A stretch of 63,997 nucleotides of DNA, the filler included, from Stramenopiles sp. TOSAG23-3 (taxonomy: Eukaryota): assembly GCA_900128585.1 (NCBI GenBank). It is 14 parts of 14 records of this genome, joined end to end, with 100 filler letters (N's around TTAATTAATTAA, not from the genome) between each part and the next. Parts side by side here need not be neighbours in the genome. Positions count along the whole stretch, not along the records: positions 18,439 to 22,944 come from LT643804.1; positions 23,045 to 27,550 come from LT643805.1; positions 27,651 to 32,155 come from LT643806.1; positions 32,256 to 36,759 come from LT643807.1; 10 more parts are not named here. One strand, written 5' to 3'. Both the position numbers and the translations under genes were made by a program. Positions 21,785 through 33,184 of the stretch are shown here, in pieces. The number at the start of each line of letters is the position of its first letter. The stretch's first letter is position 1. The notes under the pieces were generated by a model. That model did no database searches and was not told where the DNA came from. It was given only the letters and a program-made list of their open reading frames with translations.

Positions 21785-22668
21785 GGGGTGGGTCGGGATA
21801 TAATATCTTATACTGTAAAATCCACTTGAAGCAACCGCTCGTCGCTTGTTTCAAGAGGATGAGGAGGTAAGAAACGGTGTGAGTTTATGTTTAACTTTGA
21901 TTCTTTCCGTACTGCTCTTTATAAAAAACAAAATAGTGAATTATTATTGAAAGTTGAAAGTTGATAGCTCGTTCTTCAGAATGAAACAAAACAAAAAAAA
22001 AAAAAAAAAGGAAGGAAGGAAGGAAGGAGGTACAAGGAAGGAAGGAAGGAAATATTAATTATTATTATTATTTTGCCGCGCAAAAAAAAATAAGAAAAAA
22101 AAACACCAATATTTCCATCTTCACAATACATTGAAATAGCATGAAAAAGTATTCTTCTATTTATATTGATCGGCGATAAAGTATTAAAAGTACAAGTATT
22201 ATATTAAGGATATTATATTCATATCAACCAATGCATTCAATACAATATGGATACAATGTTGATCAGATAGATGATAAGAGTAGATATGTACAGAGTTCCT
22301 AACTTACAATATTTAAACCCTTACTATAACCATCTCTTTAACCCTAACCTTTTCCTCATCTCTAACACTTCTTCTTTTTTCACCACAAAACACAAAATAA
22401 TAATTCGAATTTTGTTTTTGTTGTTTATTATTTATTGAATTTCGAATTTTTTGCACCGAAGAAAGAGATTTTATATTATTACGTTGAATTTTGAATGAAA
22501 AAAGAAGAACAAACATAACAGACAAAAAGAGGAGACTGAACAAAATATTCTGTTTTATAATTTACATGAACAACGAGTTGACTTGGTTCTATTTGTGAAC
22601 AGTGCGGGTTTGTTTGTCTTTTGTATTCTTTGTTTTAGACGATAAAATATAGCAAGACTCTAGGTACT

Positions 22669-22944
22669 ATGCTCCTTTCGACGTTGAAATTTCAAAAACA
22701 GTCACGGTCCCTGAGGGAACGTTTGATCGTTTATTTAACCCTTCACGCCCCGGAAAAGGTCGCGACGGTTGACATTCTCCTCGAGAAACTCTCCGAGCAG
22801 CAGATCTCTGCAAAGTTGGCGGGAAAGTATAACGTCCCGTTCCAGGAGGCCCAGCCCGTGTCGCCGTTGAGCTCCAAGCACCTCTCCAGCGCCGCCGCCA
22901 TGGCCACCGGCGCCACGCCTCCCTCCACACGGAAGACCCTCCGG
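22669..22944 (+). CDS. 5' fragment of unknown protein, truncated at contig end
   Basis: ATG-initiated GC-rich ORF (RERLIVYLTLHAPEKVATVDILLEK) running into the linker. Confidence 0.55.
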
Positions 22945-23395
22945 NNNNNNNNNNNNNNNNNNNNNNNNNNNNNNNNNNNNNNNNNNNNTTAATTAATTAA
23001 NNNNNNNNNNNNNNNNNNNNNNNNNNNNNNNNNNNNNNNNNNNNAGGAGGGGTAGAGGAGATGCAAAATAATATTTTTAGTTAACAGCAGCAGAGCATTT
23101 AAAACAGGATGAATTTTGGACCATGTGGTTTACCGCCTTCCTGGATTCAATGCTATTGCTTTCGTATGCAACAACAATGCAATACAAATGCAACAACAGA
23201 AGAAGGAAGTCGTTCCGTGCGTGTTTTTAGTTTGGTATTATAGTTACGTCTAAAGTTGAGATGAAGGTTTGAAAGCATTCTCTCTCTATCCCACACAGGC
23301 AACTGTTAACACACATCACACTTTTATTACAGAGAAATTCATACTGCATATACCAACACCAATATTTCAAAAACATTCCTATACACATTCCCAGC

Positions 23396-24496
23396 ATGAC
23401 TTCTTACGCTTCCCCTGCTAAACAACAAGCGACTATGTCTGCAGACGCAGATACACCATCCACCGGGTTTAACATGAACGGCGTTGTCTCCGAGTTCAAA
23501 CGCCAAGAGATGTCCGGGGAACTGAAGCCGGAACCAATTCTGACGGAAAACCCGAAACGATTCGTTTTGTTCCCGATCCAGCACAACGATATTTGGCAAA
23601 TGTACAAAAAAGCTGAAGCCTCGTTCTGGACTGCGGAAGAGCTGGACTTGGCACAAGACAGTAAAGACTGGGATAAAATGACGGACAACGAACGGTTCTT
23701 CATCAGCAACGTCCTGGCCTTTTTCGCAGCCTCTGACGGCATTGTAAACGAGAACCTGTTGATGAACTTCTCGAACGAAGTCCAACTGCCGGAGGCAAGG
23801 TGCTTCTACGGGTTCCAGATAGCCATTGAAAACATCCACGCAGAAGTATACTCTCTTCTTATTGACACGTACATTAAAAATGGAAAAGAAAAGGATAGGT
23901 TGCTGAATGCCATCGATAACATTGACATGGTCCGCCAAAAGGCCGATTGGTGCCTTCGATGGACCAACGCCGAAAATGCGTCGTTTGCCGAAAGGGTTGT
24001 AGCTTTCGCCGCGTGCGAGGGCATCTTCTTTTCCGGGTCGTTTTGTGCCGTGTTCTGGTTAAAGAAGCGGGGTTTGATGCCCGGCTTGTGCTTCTCCAAC
24101 GAGCTCATCAGCCGCGACGAGGGCTTGCACTGTGATTTCGCGTGCTTGCTGTACAAGGACCACTTGATAAATAAACTCCCTCAACAACGCATTCACGATA
24201 TCATCGGGAACGCTGTGGACATCGAAAAAGTTTTCGTGTCCAAAGCATTGCCCGTGGAATTGATAGGGATGAATTCCACCTTGATGTGCGAATACATCGA
24301 GTACTGCGCAGACCGATTGTTGGTGGCCTTGGGGGTTGAAAAGATGTACAACGCAACCAATCCGTTTGATTGGATGGAAATGATATCGCTGCAAGGAAAG
24401 ACCAATTTTTTTGAGAAGCGGGTAGGTGAGTACTCCAAAGCCGGGGTCGGTGCTAACGAGGAGGAACAATGCTTCTCTCTTGACGTAGATTTTTGA
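23396..24496 (+). CDS. RRM2: Ribonucleotide reductase small subunit (class Ia R2)
   Basis: [68 protein letters not shown]-terminal FSLDVDF. Confidence 0.98.
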   Translation: MTSYASPAKQQATMSADADTPSTGFNMNGVVSEFKRQEMSGELKPEPILTENPKRFVLFPIQHNDIWQMYKKAEASFWTAEELDLAQDSKDWDKMTDNERFFISNVLAFFAASDGIVNENLLMNFSNEVQLPEARCFYGFQIAIENIHAEVYSLLIDTYIKNGKEKDRLLNAIDNIDMVRQKADWCLRWTNAENASFAERVVAFAACEGIFFSGSFCAVFWLKKRGLMPGLCFSNELISRDEGLHCDFACLLYKDHLINKLPQQRIHDIIGNAVDIEKVFVSKALPVELIGMNSTLMCEYIEYCADRLLVALGVEKMYNATNPFDWMEMISLQGKTNFFEKRVGEYSKAGVGANEEEQCFSLDVDF

Positions 24497-24763
24497 TTCT
24501 TTAAACGCGCGAAAGGATACCCCTTCTACTTTTTGGGGAATGGCCCCAGTAAAGACAGTTTTTTTGTTTAAATTGGCGGTTAAACTGATTTTAAACGGGA
24601 GAGATTATGCCCTTCTAAAATTGGTTGCACTTTTTAATAAAATATATGCATTTTCTTATTAAAACCTAAGACTTCTTATACATTCAGTTTTTTAACATTT
24701 TAATAATAATTTTAAAAACAAGAAAATTGGCTAATTTCACAATCCGCAGTATGAGATAACAAT

Positions 24764-27470
24764 TCACTCGCTGTTCCGTGTAAGAGAAGAGGACAGACTC
24801 CGCCGGTTCTTCCGTTTCTTCCTCTTCAACCTTGCAGCGAGTTCGAGAAGGGTGGAAATGGTTTCTTCGTCGTCTGAATCTGCGTCGTCTTCCGATTCCA
24901 CCAATGCCGTTTGCTGCTCTCGGGCTATGTCATGGCTATTTAATTTTAGTTCACGAAATTCATTCTGGAATTCTGCAAATAATTTTTCAACGCCTTCTCT
25001 GTCGGAAATAGAAGGCAAAGACTGCCTTACGCAGCTCTCAGATCAACGAGGGACTGGCGGTACTCTTCCGCTGGATGGGTTAGTTGTTGGGAAGATTGGA
25101 CGTCGACTGGTGGTTTTTGAGACACGGCGCTCCTCTTCGGGGAGGCAGAGCTCTGGGGAGGAGGCAACACCCTTCCATCAAACGCGACCTTCCCTGAAGC
25201 TTTTGCCGACTCGTACTTTGGAACTTTGGCTTCTGATGTTACAACCTCTAAAGATTCACTTGTTTCTGCCACGTTGCGTGAATTTTCGGCCCGCTTCTTG
25301 TTTTCTTCGGGGTCCGGTATTGGTACGCACTGCTCCGTTTCGTCTGGTAATTCTATTGTGAGTGGCGTCATCGAAGTTTGCGAGGAATTCAATTCTATCG
25401 TTTGGTTCGCAACATCAGCATGTTTCTCAAAGATGTCAGCACTGGGCGCTTCGCTGCTGGGTTCATTGTCTTGATTATTCGCACTTTCACTGTCTGGTTG
25501 TGGATCGATGTTGCTTGGTTCAGCTTCCGTTTTGGGCAAGATTCCGAGTTCTGCTAGCTTTGAACGCATATTTGCCACCGCTGCGTTCGCTTCTTTCCCC
25601 TGCTGACGCAGTGCCAGGGAGCGTCTCTCCTCCGCTAATGTTTTCGGTGCTATAAAACGTGGGGGCGAATCGCCTTTTGTAGGTACCCTCGCCGGAGAGC
25701 TAGTTGGACCATTAACCGTAGGGTCGGCGTCCTTGCTTAGTTCAACAGTTTCTTTGGTGGCAACATCCCGTTCCGTTTTTGCCCAAGCAGGCAGCCCATC
25801 CCCTATGTCCGAATCCAGTGTTGCAGAAATAGTCAATTCGTCCATGGGTTCGGGAAGCTTAAAGTCGTTTTCAGCATGCTGCTCATCCTTACGCAGTACC
25901 TTCGTGGGTGTGTCGACATTCTCCAATTCTGCACCAATCTTTTCTGTTGAGGTTTGAGGTTTCATATTATCGACAGGCTTTTGAGGTCCTAACTTCAGCT
26001 GTGCTCGCTGTCTCTTTGCAATGCACTCTTTCTTCCTTTCCCTGATTGCTCGACCAATGGGCGAAGGCAAGCGCCACACTAGTACGCATCCGTCACCACC
26101 GACAGTCACGAGCCGCTTACAATCGGCAGTGAAGCAGATACCAGAAACAATTTCGCTGTGGCCCGTAAATCGGGCGATGCAAGCACCGGACAAGAAATCA
26201 TAGATGCGGATGAATTTGTCAAAGGAGCACGTCGCAGCATAGGTCCCAGTTGGGTCCAACACGATTTTATAGACTTCTATGTCTTGAGAAACACTATCCG
26301 TAGGCTTCCAGCTTCGTAGCTTTTTTCCCGAGTTTAAACTCCAAACCTGAACTTTTCTGTCCTTCCCGGCAGTAATGAGCCAGCGATTATTTTCATGCAG
26401 GTTCATATCGTAAAATGTTCCATGGGGAGAGTTAATAACTTTCTCTTTCGTGATTTTCCATGAGGAAGAGCTTTCCCCTTTGTCAACAGCAGACAGAACA
26501 ATTGTTTTGTCGCCTCCACAACTTATGAAACGAGAACCATCAAGAGAAAATCTAACGCACATCACAGACTGTGAGTGGTACTGAACTGTCTGTAGTAGTT
26601 TAAACTTTGCATTGACATCAAATATGTTAATAGTCCCGTCGCGTCCACCCGAAGCTAGCAGGGAGACCGATATGCCGTTATGCTGTGGCTGCTCCGCGTG
26701 GAACGAAAACGATGCGCAGAGTACTTCCGCAGTATGAACATCGTGCAGGCTAGAAACGGGTGCCATGCCCTTGAGATCGTACACATGCAGGTTCCCGTGA
26801 TAATCCCCACAAGCAATCCAGCAGCCGTCGACAGAAATATCAAAACACCTAATACCGCTGGCAGTGTTTGGCAGCAGTGGCAGCTCGCGAGAGTTGTCCT
26901 CACTTTCCATTTGTTGATGTTCCTTTCGAGATTCACCAGCAACATTATCAAAGCCCTTGCTCACGACGCCTTTTATCGTACGCCGTAAAGCAGGTTTTCC
27001 CGATTGCTGATGCTGTTTGCTGAAATCCCAAAAACGCATAGTACCATCTGCCGAACATGTAATGACATTATCCAGGATGCTAATAGCGCTTCCGTTTGGG
27101 GGCTTTGCACTCTTTCGGTAGCTTTCCGTAAACAATGATGATGCTCTTGAGTTAGGAACGATAGCGTCCCATATGCAATCGCTGTGACAAGTAATGCTTT
27201 TCGTAAGCTCAGGAATTGGCTTTGCATTTTCTTCAGTGCTGTCTTCCAGTTTCCAAACGTTCATCAGTCTACTTGAGTAAACGACATTTATCGTGTTTTC
27301 TACTTCATTAATTTTGACACACTGGCAATCTGGTGCAGCTATTTCATCGGGGCTTTCCGCGCCATTTATGCTGCTAACGTCGCATTCATTAGTGTAGGAT
27401 AATGTACAGACGTAGCTCAACGATGTTTTTTTGAACACACGAACAACACCGCCCGCGCACCCGGCGGCGA
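24764..27470 (-). CDS. WDR62/MAPKBP1-like WD40 protein; 5' truncated, frame break at about 25030
   Basis: WD40 repeats (HSDCIWD, TCSADGTMRFWD, LLASGGRDGTINIFD, GHSEIVSGICFT..CKRLVTVGGDGCVLVW) and a C-terminal helical segment in ORF 24764-25018. Confidence 0.85.
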
Positions 27471-27714
27471 CGTAAGGCAGTCTTTGCCTTCTATTTCCGA
27501 CAGAGAAGGCGTTGAAAAATTATTTGCAGAATTCCAGAATGAATTTCGTGNNNNNNNNNNNNNNNNNNNNNNNNNNNNNNNNNNNNNNNNNNNNTTAATT
27601 AATTAANNNNNNNNNNNNNNNNNNNNNNNNNNNNNNNNNNNNNNNNNNNNCCTGCAACGACGCCGGATTGCGCTGTACAAAAATATTTACGAGCAAGTCA
27701 AATTTTTCCAAATT

Positions 27715-28017
27715 TTAGTCACTCTTCTCTTCCAATGCCTCTAGTCGCGCAGACAGTTCACTCAATTTATTCGAAAGCTCTTCAACTTCTGTGCTTCGCT
27801 GTCCAGAGGACTGTCTTCGCTGCCCGGCGCCTGGCACTACCACCGACAGCACCTTATCTATTGTATTGTTGAAAATACCACTATTTTTCACAGCCACGAA
27901 GTACGTGGCAGCTCCTAAAATCGTACCGGCCGACAAAGCAGCACCAATGAAAACACCACAACTAACAGCGGTGCCATACGCACTGATCTTATCGTTGAAG
28001 TAGTTCGTAATCGACAT
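27715..28017 (-). CDS. Small membrane protein with C-terminal coiled coil
   Basis: Hydrophobic Gly/Ala segment followed by VEELSNKLSELSARLEALE. Confidence 0.55.
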   Translation of the reverse strand: MSITNYFNDKISAYGTAVSCGVFIGAALSAGTILGAATYFVAVKNSGIFNNTIDKVLSVVVPGAGQRRQSSGQRSTEVEELSNKLSELSARLEALEEKSD

Positions 28018-28274
28018 GATCAAATTGGCAAGATGCAAGAAATCGATAAATGCGTTCGGTACTATAAATACTAACGATTAGAGCTTCACTTTTTAATTGC
28101 AATGTTTTCTCCTTTTTTTCTATTAAAAAGAAAGTACTGTCGCACTTACTCTAGAGATTTACTTCGTACTCCTCTAGAGATTTACTTCGTATTATAGAAA
28201 AAAAAACAACAACCGAAAAAAAGAAGAAGAAGTGGTGGTGGTGAAAATTATTATTATTAGAAAGATGATGATTT

Positions 28275-28461
28275 TCTTCTTTTTTTCTTCTTCTTCTTCT
28301 TCTTCTTCTTCTTTCTTCTTTCTTCTTTCTTCTTTCTTCTTTCTTCTTTCTTCTTCTTCTTCTTCTTCTTCTTCTTCTNNNNNTCTTCTTCTTCTTCTTC
28401 TTCTTCTTCTTCTTCTTCTTCTTCTTCTTCTTCTTCTTCTTCTTCTTCTTCTTCTTTCTTC
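28275..28461. repeat. (TTC)n microsatellite with internal N gap
   Basis: Direct reading. Confidence 0.95.
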
Positions 28462-28950
28462 TATAATAATGTAACATTACGCTCTCCTCCTCTTCTTCTT
28501 TCTTTCTTTCTTTCTTTACATTACTGCGAGCTAGTCAATTGAAAAAAATATTTGATTCATCATCTCATTTATTAATTTCTCTTAATACGTACGTATCACG
28601 AAATCATCATCACACAGCAGCAGCACAGGAAAAATATATTTATTTTAATAATATAAAATAGCTACTGTAATAATACAGTAATAATTATTTAATTTAAAAT
28701 AAAATTATTAGACGACTAGTCGTCTATTATTATTAGTCTATATATTATTAATAATAATAAATAATTTAAAAAAAAAAATATTTTTTTTGTGTGTGTTGTT
28801 TAGCAGAATAAAAACATTGTATTTAAATTTATAGAATAGATTGGACTATGCCTTTCAATAATATTTAATTCGTTACCAAAAGATCAGATGTGCGACACGG
28901 TCTCGTTAGTTTTTCCTAGAAGAAGCAAGTAGTTGGATTTTGCGCGGAAT

Positions 28951-30159
28951 ATGGCAGAAGAAAGTCCCATCAATCGTAAACGCTCGTATGTGGTTGATGT
29001 TGGTTCAGAACATGATGGTAGGGAATATGTTCAGTCTGACCGAAAACCTCCGCTTCCGTGGCAGGTAAACCTTATGTTGAACTTGCAATGTTATAAATCT
29101 GAATATGGACGTACGAAAGGAAAGAAGCGCACTCGATTTACCTCTGCAAAACAGTTTCTATTTTTTATCACAGATCACGTCCTGAGATCTCCTTTTTGGT
29201 TACTACTAAATTTTCGATATGAACTGCCACTGTGGTTTGCGGCTACTGCGTCCTTTTTGACATTAAACGTAGCGCTCGTAAGTATGTATTATCACTTAAG
29301 AGATTTCGTCGGCTCGACTGCATTTTCTGAAATAATGATGGACAAAGAGACCAGGGATTTGTTTTTATCAGGCATCAAGAGGTGGTTTGTGTTTCTATTT
29401 GCCATGTATTCCTTTCTTCTTCCCACCACATACTGGCAAACGTTTCGAAGCTACCAAGCTGGCGAGCTGGAAGGCCCCGTGTTGTTGCAGGGGTTATGGT
29501 TGATATCTTATCCGTATTTCCTTGTCGTAGGCTTTGCATGTCAGATACCCTTATCAATGGGGTGCGCGTTAAGCACAGCTCGTAAGAGTGGTAACATTAT
29601 TCGAACAACTTTGGCAAAAATGAAAGTAGTGCTTCTTCGCGTATCATTAAATGTACATTTGACTGAAGACGAAGAACAATTAGCGTTAGCCGAACTGTCG
29701 GAAATAAATCGCGCTGCTACAGCGCTTTTGCATCCTTATAGAAGAATTTCACCCCTTTTAAAAGTATTTACTCTCGCCGGACTTGCAACGATAATCGTTA
29801 TGGCCTTAGCCCTTTTGTTACCTGAACAAACGGAAACGACTAAAGTACTCGGCTTGTGCAATGGGGTGTTCATCGGCTTGATGACGTTTGTCGGGTGTCT
29901 ATACTGTGCATCACAACAATCTGTAATATTCCAAGAAGAGATGCAAAAATTTCACGACTGCCGTTTGATGAAAGCTTATATTCGTTTGTTTGGAAACAGA
30001 AAGGAATTTGTCACTTGGTTAGAAGAAACAGACATGTCAGCAACCAAAATTATGGGTACAAAAGTAACAACAGCACTTTTTGCCAAGCTGGCATCAATTA
30101 CTGTGTCTTTGAGTGGAACAATCATATATATTACGGGACGACGATCACTTGAGAGATGA
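28951..30159 (+). CDS. Multi-pass (about 7 TM) membrane protein, possibly gustatory-receptor-like
   Basis: About 402 aa, no signal peptide, about 7 hydrophobic segments, C-terminal KIMGTKVTTALFAKLASITVSLSGTIIYI. Confidence 0.7.
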   Translation: MAEESPINRKRSYVVDVGSEHDGREYVQSDRKPPLPWQVNLMLNLQCYKSEYGRTKGKKRTRFTSAKQFLFFITDHVLRSPFWLLLNFRYELPLWFAATASFLTLNVALVSMYYHLRDFVGSTAFSEIMMDKETRDLFLSGIKRWFVFLFAMYSFLLPTTYWQTFRSYQAGELEGPVLLQGLWLISYPYFLVVGFACQIPLSMGCALSTARKSGNIIRTTLAKMKVVLLRVSLNVHLTEDEEQLALAELSEINRAATALLHPYRRISPLLKVFTLAGLATIIVMALALLLPEQTETTKVLGLCNGVFIGLMTFVGCLYCASQQSVIFQEEMQKFHDCRLMKAYIRLFGNRKEFVTWLEETDMSATKIMGTKVTTALFAKLASITVSLSGTIIYITGRRSLER

Positions 30160-30982
30160 TCCTTTATCTTAAAGAGAAAGGTTTCTGGAAGAGACAATAT
30201 CAAGTAGGATAGAGACGAAAGAGAGAGACGCAGAAGGGAGCGCGAGGTTAATGAGTGGTGCATTTTGCAATTGTTTTAATCGAAAATTAAAGAATATAGA
30301 GAAGAGGTTTTAATTAGTTAGTATATTATTTTACGACCCACAGGTATATTTTTTAAGAATTACTCTTTTTAAAGTTCTTTCAGAGGTCCGGGCTGAAGTG
30401 GTGAAAATTAAATTATTATCTTCTATCTTCTTCTATCTTCTCCCATCTTCTTCTTCTTCTCTCTTCTTCTTCTTCTCTCTTCTTCTTTTGTGCATCTATC
30501 TTTGTGTGTGTGAACTTTTTTTAAAATAAAAAAATAGCAGGGAATTAGTATTATGAAAAATAACATTGAATAAGATGTAAATGACGAAAAACTTTTAGAT
30601 AGACAGACGACTAAATAATTATAATAACATTGAATACCATCCAATAAATTTTCACTGGCCACAAAAAAAATAAACAACAAACAAACTGATGATGACTGTA
30701 AGTATTAATAAAATATGAATGATGAGATGAACAAAATAATTGATGAACTGACTACGGTACGGTATTCTTTCGTAAGCAACGTGCAAGATGTCATTCAACA
30801 GAGTGATTTTACATGTGTTCACAAAATTTATTTTAAATGTAAAAGGCGGCCATCGATGGGTGTAAGTAATGAGTATTGGTTTGTAAATTGGCGAACTATT
30901 TTATTTTGTCAAAAAAGGAAAAGTATTTTTCTTATACGTATATAAATTACCACCACCAGTTGTTGCAACTAAAATAAGTAGG

Positions 30983-31255
30983 ATGGGAAAAGGAAGTAAC
31001 GCACAGAAAAACAAGCGCGCCCGTGAAAACGCGGAAAAGAGACGAAAAGAACAAGGTGTCGGTGGAGGTGGCGCTGCCGGGGTCGCCGCAAGAAAGGGAG
31101 GAGGTCATGCGGCAATGAGTGCTGCGGCCGAAGAGCGGGCAAAGCGCGATGCTTTAAAGGCAGAACGGAAAAAGAAGAAGGAAGCAGAAGCAGCGAAGGC
31201 AAAGAAAAAGCTCGACAAGCAGTTGAAGGACGCAAAGAAGGGAAAAAAGAAGTAA
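30983..31255 (+). CDS. Small basic SERF/4F5-like protein
   Basis: MGKGSNAQKNKRARENAEK N-terminus; Lys-rich helix. Confidence 0.6.
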   Translation: MGKGSNAQKNKRARENAEKRRKEQGVGGGGAAGVAARKGGGHAAMSAAAEERAKRDALKAERKKKKEAEAAKAKKKLDKQLKDAKKGKKK

Positions 31256-31688
31256 ACACCCTTGGTCTCGAACAGCAGTGAATATTGCGAGCGGCACTAA
31301 TATGGGGAATGTACTAACAGCGATGCACCCAGACAGGGGCGATGGCCTTGTGATTTGGAAAGGAAAAGATCCGTGGCGAATACACCAACGCTTTAAATGT
31401 GAAAAGCTTTTATTAGAACACCCGGACATACACATCTCGAACTCTCTTCGAGCTTTGAACGTAAATATTTACAACGACTGAAACATATTGAAAAAACAAA
31501 AATTATATGACATATTGATACACTTCAAACGCAATTGCTTCTGTATAAAAAAAATTATGCTTTTTAATTCTTATCTCTTTGTGTTTCTCGCACTTTCAGG
31601 TCTACTACGCAGGGTGCATTTCTACTATTAGGCTGCACCACTCCGCGCAAAAAAGTCAAGAGAGAGAGAGAGGTGCATCAAAATTGAC

Positions 31689-31757
31689 TCGCGCTTTGAT
31701 CAACGATAATCTAAATCCTTGGAAGCTTTAATTTAGTCGTTTCATTTCATAGCTCGA
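31689..31757 (-). promoter_or_regulatory. SECIS element in the 3' UTR of Sep15
   Basis: Minus strand AUGA-AACGACUAAAU-U-AAA-GCUUCCAAGG-AUUUAG(AUUA)UCGUU-GA: AUGA/GA core, 11-bp upper stem, unpaired AAA, lower stem UCGAGCU/AGCGCGA. Confidence 0.85.
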
Positions 31758-31788
31758 CATAGCCAATTGGTCGGGATACCCTATCCAT

Positions 31789-32155
31789 TTACTTCATGTG
31801 CTCTTTCAAATAGGCTACAATGTCGTCAACCGACCATTTACTGATGGTAATGATGGTGTCTTTCGAGGAGTCTTCCTCGTCCACCATTTTCAGTTGAGGG
31901 GATTGGCCCCGAATAAATTCCATTTCGACATTCGGTAACTTGTCAACCATATTCTCTTTGAAATCATTAACAGCCGGGTATGCTTTTAATTTTCAGTCAC
32001 ATACTGTTAAATTTTAAAAACGGTTAGACATCTTTCGTAGCGCGGAGAGAAGAAAGGGAACGACAGGCGTTATGAAAAGAGGAAACTTACCTTGCAAAAA
32101 TGCCTTTGTGTAAAAGTTCTTACCAACGGTTCCGTCCGAACCTGAGCTGGAGGAG
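31789..32155 (-). CDS. SELENOF: Selenoprotein F (Sep15), 3' part; exons 32155-32091 and 32003-31789; Sec UGA at 31995-31993
   Basis: Spliced translation ...YTKAFLQVCD(U)KLKAYPAVNDFKENMVDKLPNVEMEFIRGQSPQLKMVDE...ITISKWSVDDIVAYLKEHMK*; GTAAGT...TTTAACAG intron 32090-32004 (87 nt); CxU motif as in Sep15. Confidence 0.92.
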
Positions 32156-32255
32156 NNNNNNNNNNNNNNNNNNNNNNNNNNNNNNNNNNNNNNNNNNNNT
32201 TAATTAATTAANNNNNNNNNNNNNNNNNNNNNNNNNNNNNNNNNNNNNNNNNNNN

Positions 32256-32947
32256 CCCCCCCCTCGGTCATATCCACAAACCGCTCCCGCCGCGTCCGCC
32301 GCAAGATCCTCCAAAAGACTGCCTCGTTGCCGAGCCTGAGCCCTCCTAAAATGTTGGGCACGAGCGGTTTCGTTACGGGGGAAGGCCACAGCTCGATGTC
32401 CGATTTGAAACATTTAGAACACACCAAGACGTATCGGAAAAAAACGGAGAAAAAGGTGTGGCCGACGTGGAAGGAGAATTCGGGCCGACGTCGAAAAAGG
32501 TACCAAACAATGGACTTCAGCCAGACCGACCCTGAGGTTCTGAAAACCCTGAAGCAGTCCTTCAGTGGGCGGTGGACGGGGAAGAGGATGTACAGAGGCA
32601 AGGAAGATTTCAACTCCCACTTTAAAATAGAAGCCCCCGGGGCCCCATCGACAATGGACTCGTGGAAGCGCACGTCTACGCCGTCCTGGACAAAGCACGT
32701 GGAAAGCAAACGAAAGGGGGCCGAGGTCTTTATCCCCATTCTTGCGAAACGGTACGCAAAACGGGACGAAGTAGCATTTAGAAAGTACAACTGTCGGATC
32801 TCTGGCCGCGTGAAATCGAGGTACAACTACATGGTGGGATTTTTTGAGAACGAGATGGCGCTGGAGCGCACTCAGCAGCGTGGAAATAGAAAAGGAATGC
32901 TCATGTCGAACATTTCCGTGAAGCAAAGGCAGGGCCAAGGGTGGTAG
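32256..32947 (+). CDS. 3' fragment of unknown basic protein
   Basis: GC-rich frame open from contig start to TAG at 32947. Confidence 0.6.
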
Positions 32948-33184
32948 CGCGAGCTGGCCGCTGTTATTTTTAAAAGATATTACCGATATTCCACTCATAG
33001 ATGAGTGACAGTGTGTGGTTTTTCAAGCAACGGCGTAATTCTGTGTTGAAGGTGCTCGTTTTCTGTCTTGTAAATATCATTACTAAATATCCTCGTATGC
33101 AGTAAAAATTAATCAAAGAACTTAAAAGGAAATCGCTTAAATTGCGTTTTCTTCCTTTGTCCGTGTAGGGCGAAACGCTGCACT

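Noticed and set aside
18439-22944. Perfect 79-bp terminal inverted repeats on contig 5 (18439-18517 / 22866-22944), suggesting a linear element or transposon
   Set aside because: The repeat is part of a coding sequence cut by the contig end, the cargo is ordinary host genes, and the same 79-80 bp pattern occurs on contigs 6 and 9; best explained as an inversion chimera plus k-mer overlap
27471-27550. Inverted duplicate of 24952-25031 suggesting an invertible segment
   Set aside because: Exact 80-bp copy at the contig end that truncates a WD40 repeat; assembly or MDA artefact
28151-28477. Poly-Lys/Arg and poly-Ser/Leu ORFs
   Set aside because: Translations of a (TTC)n microsatellite
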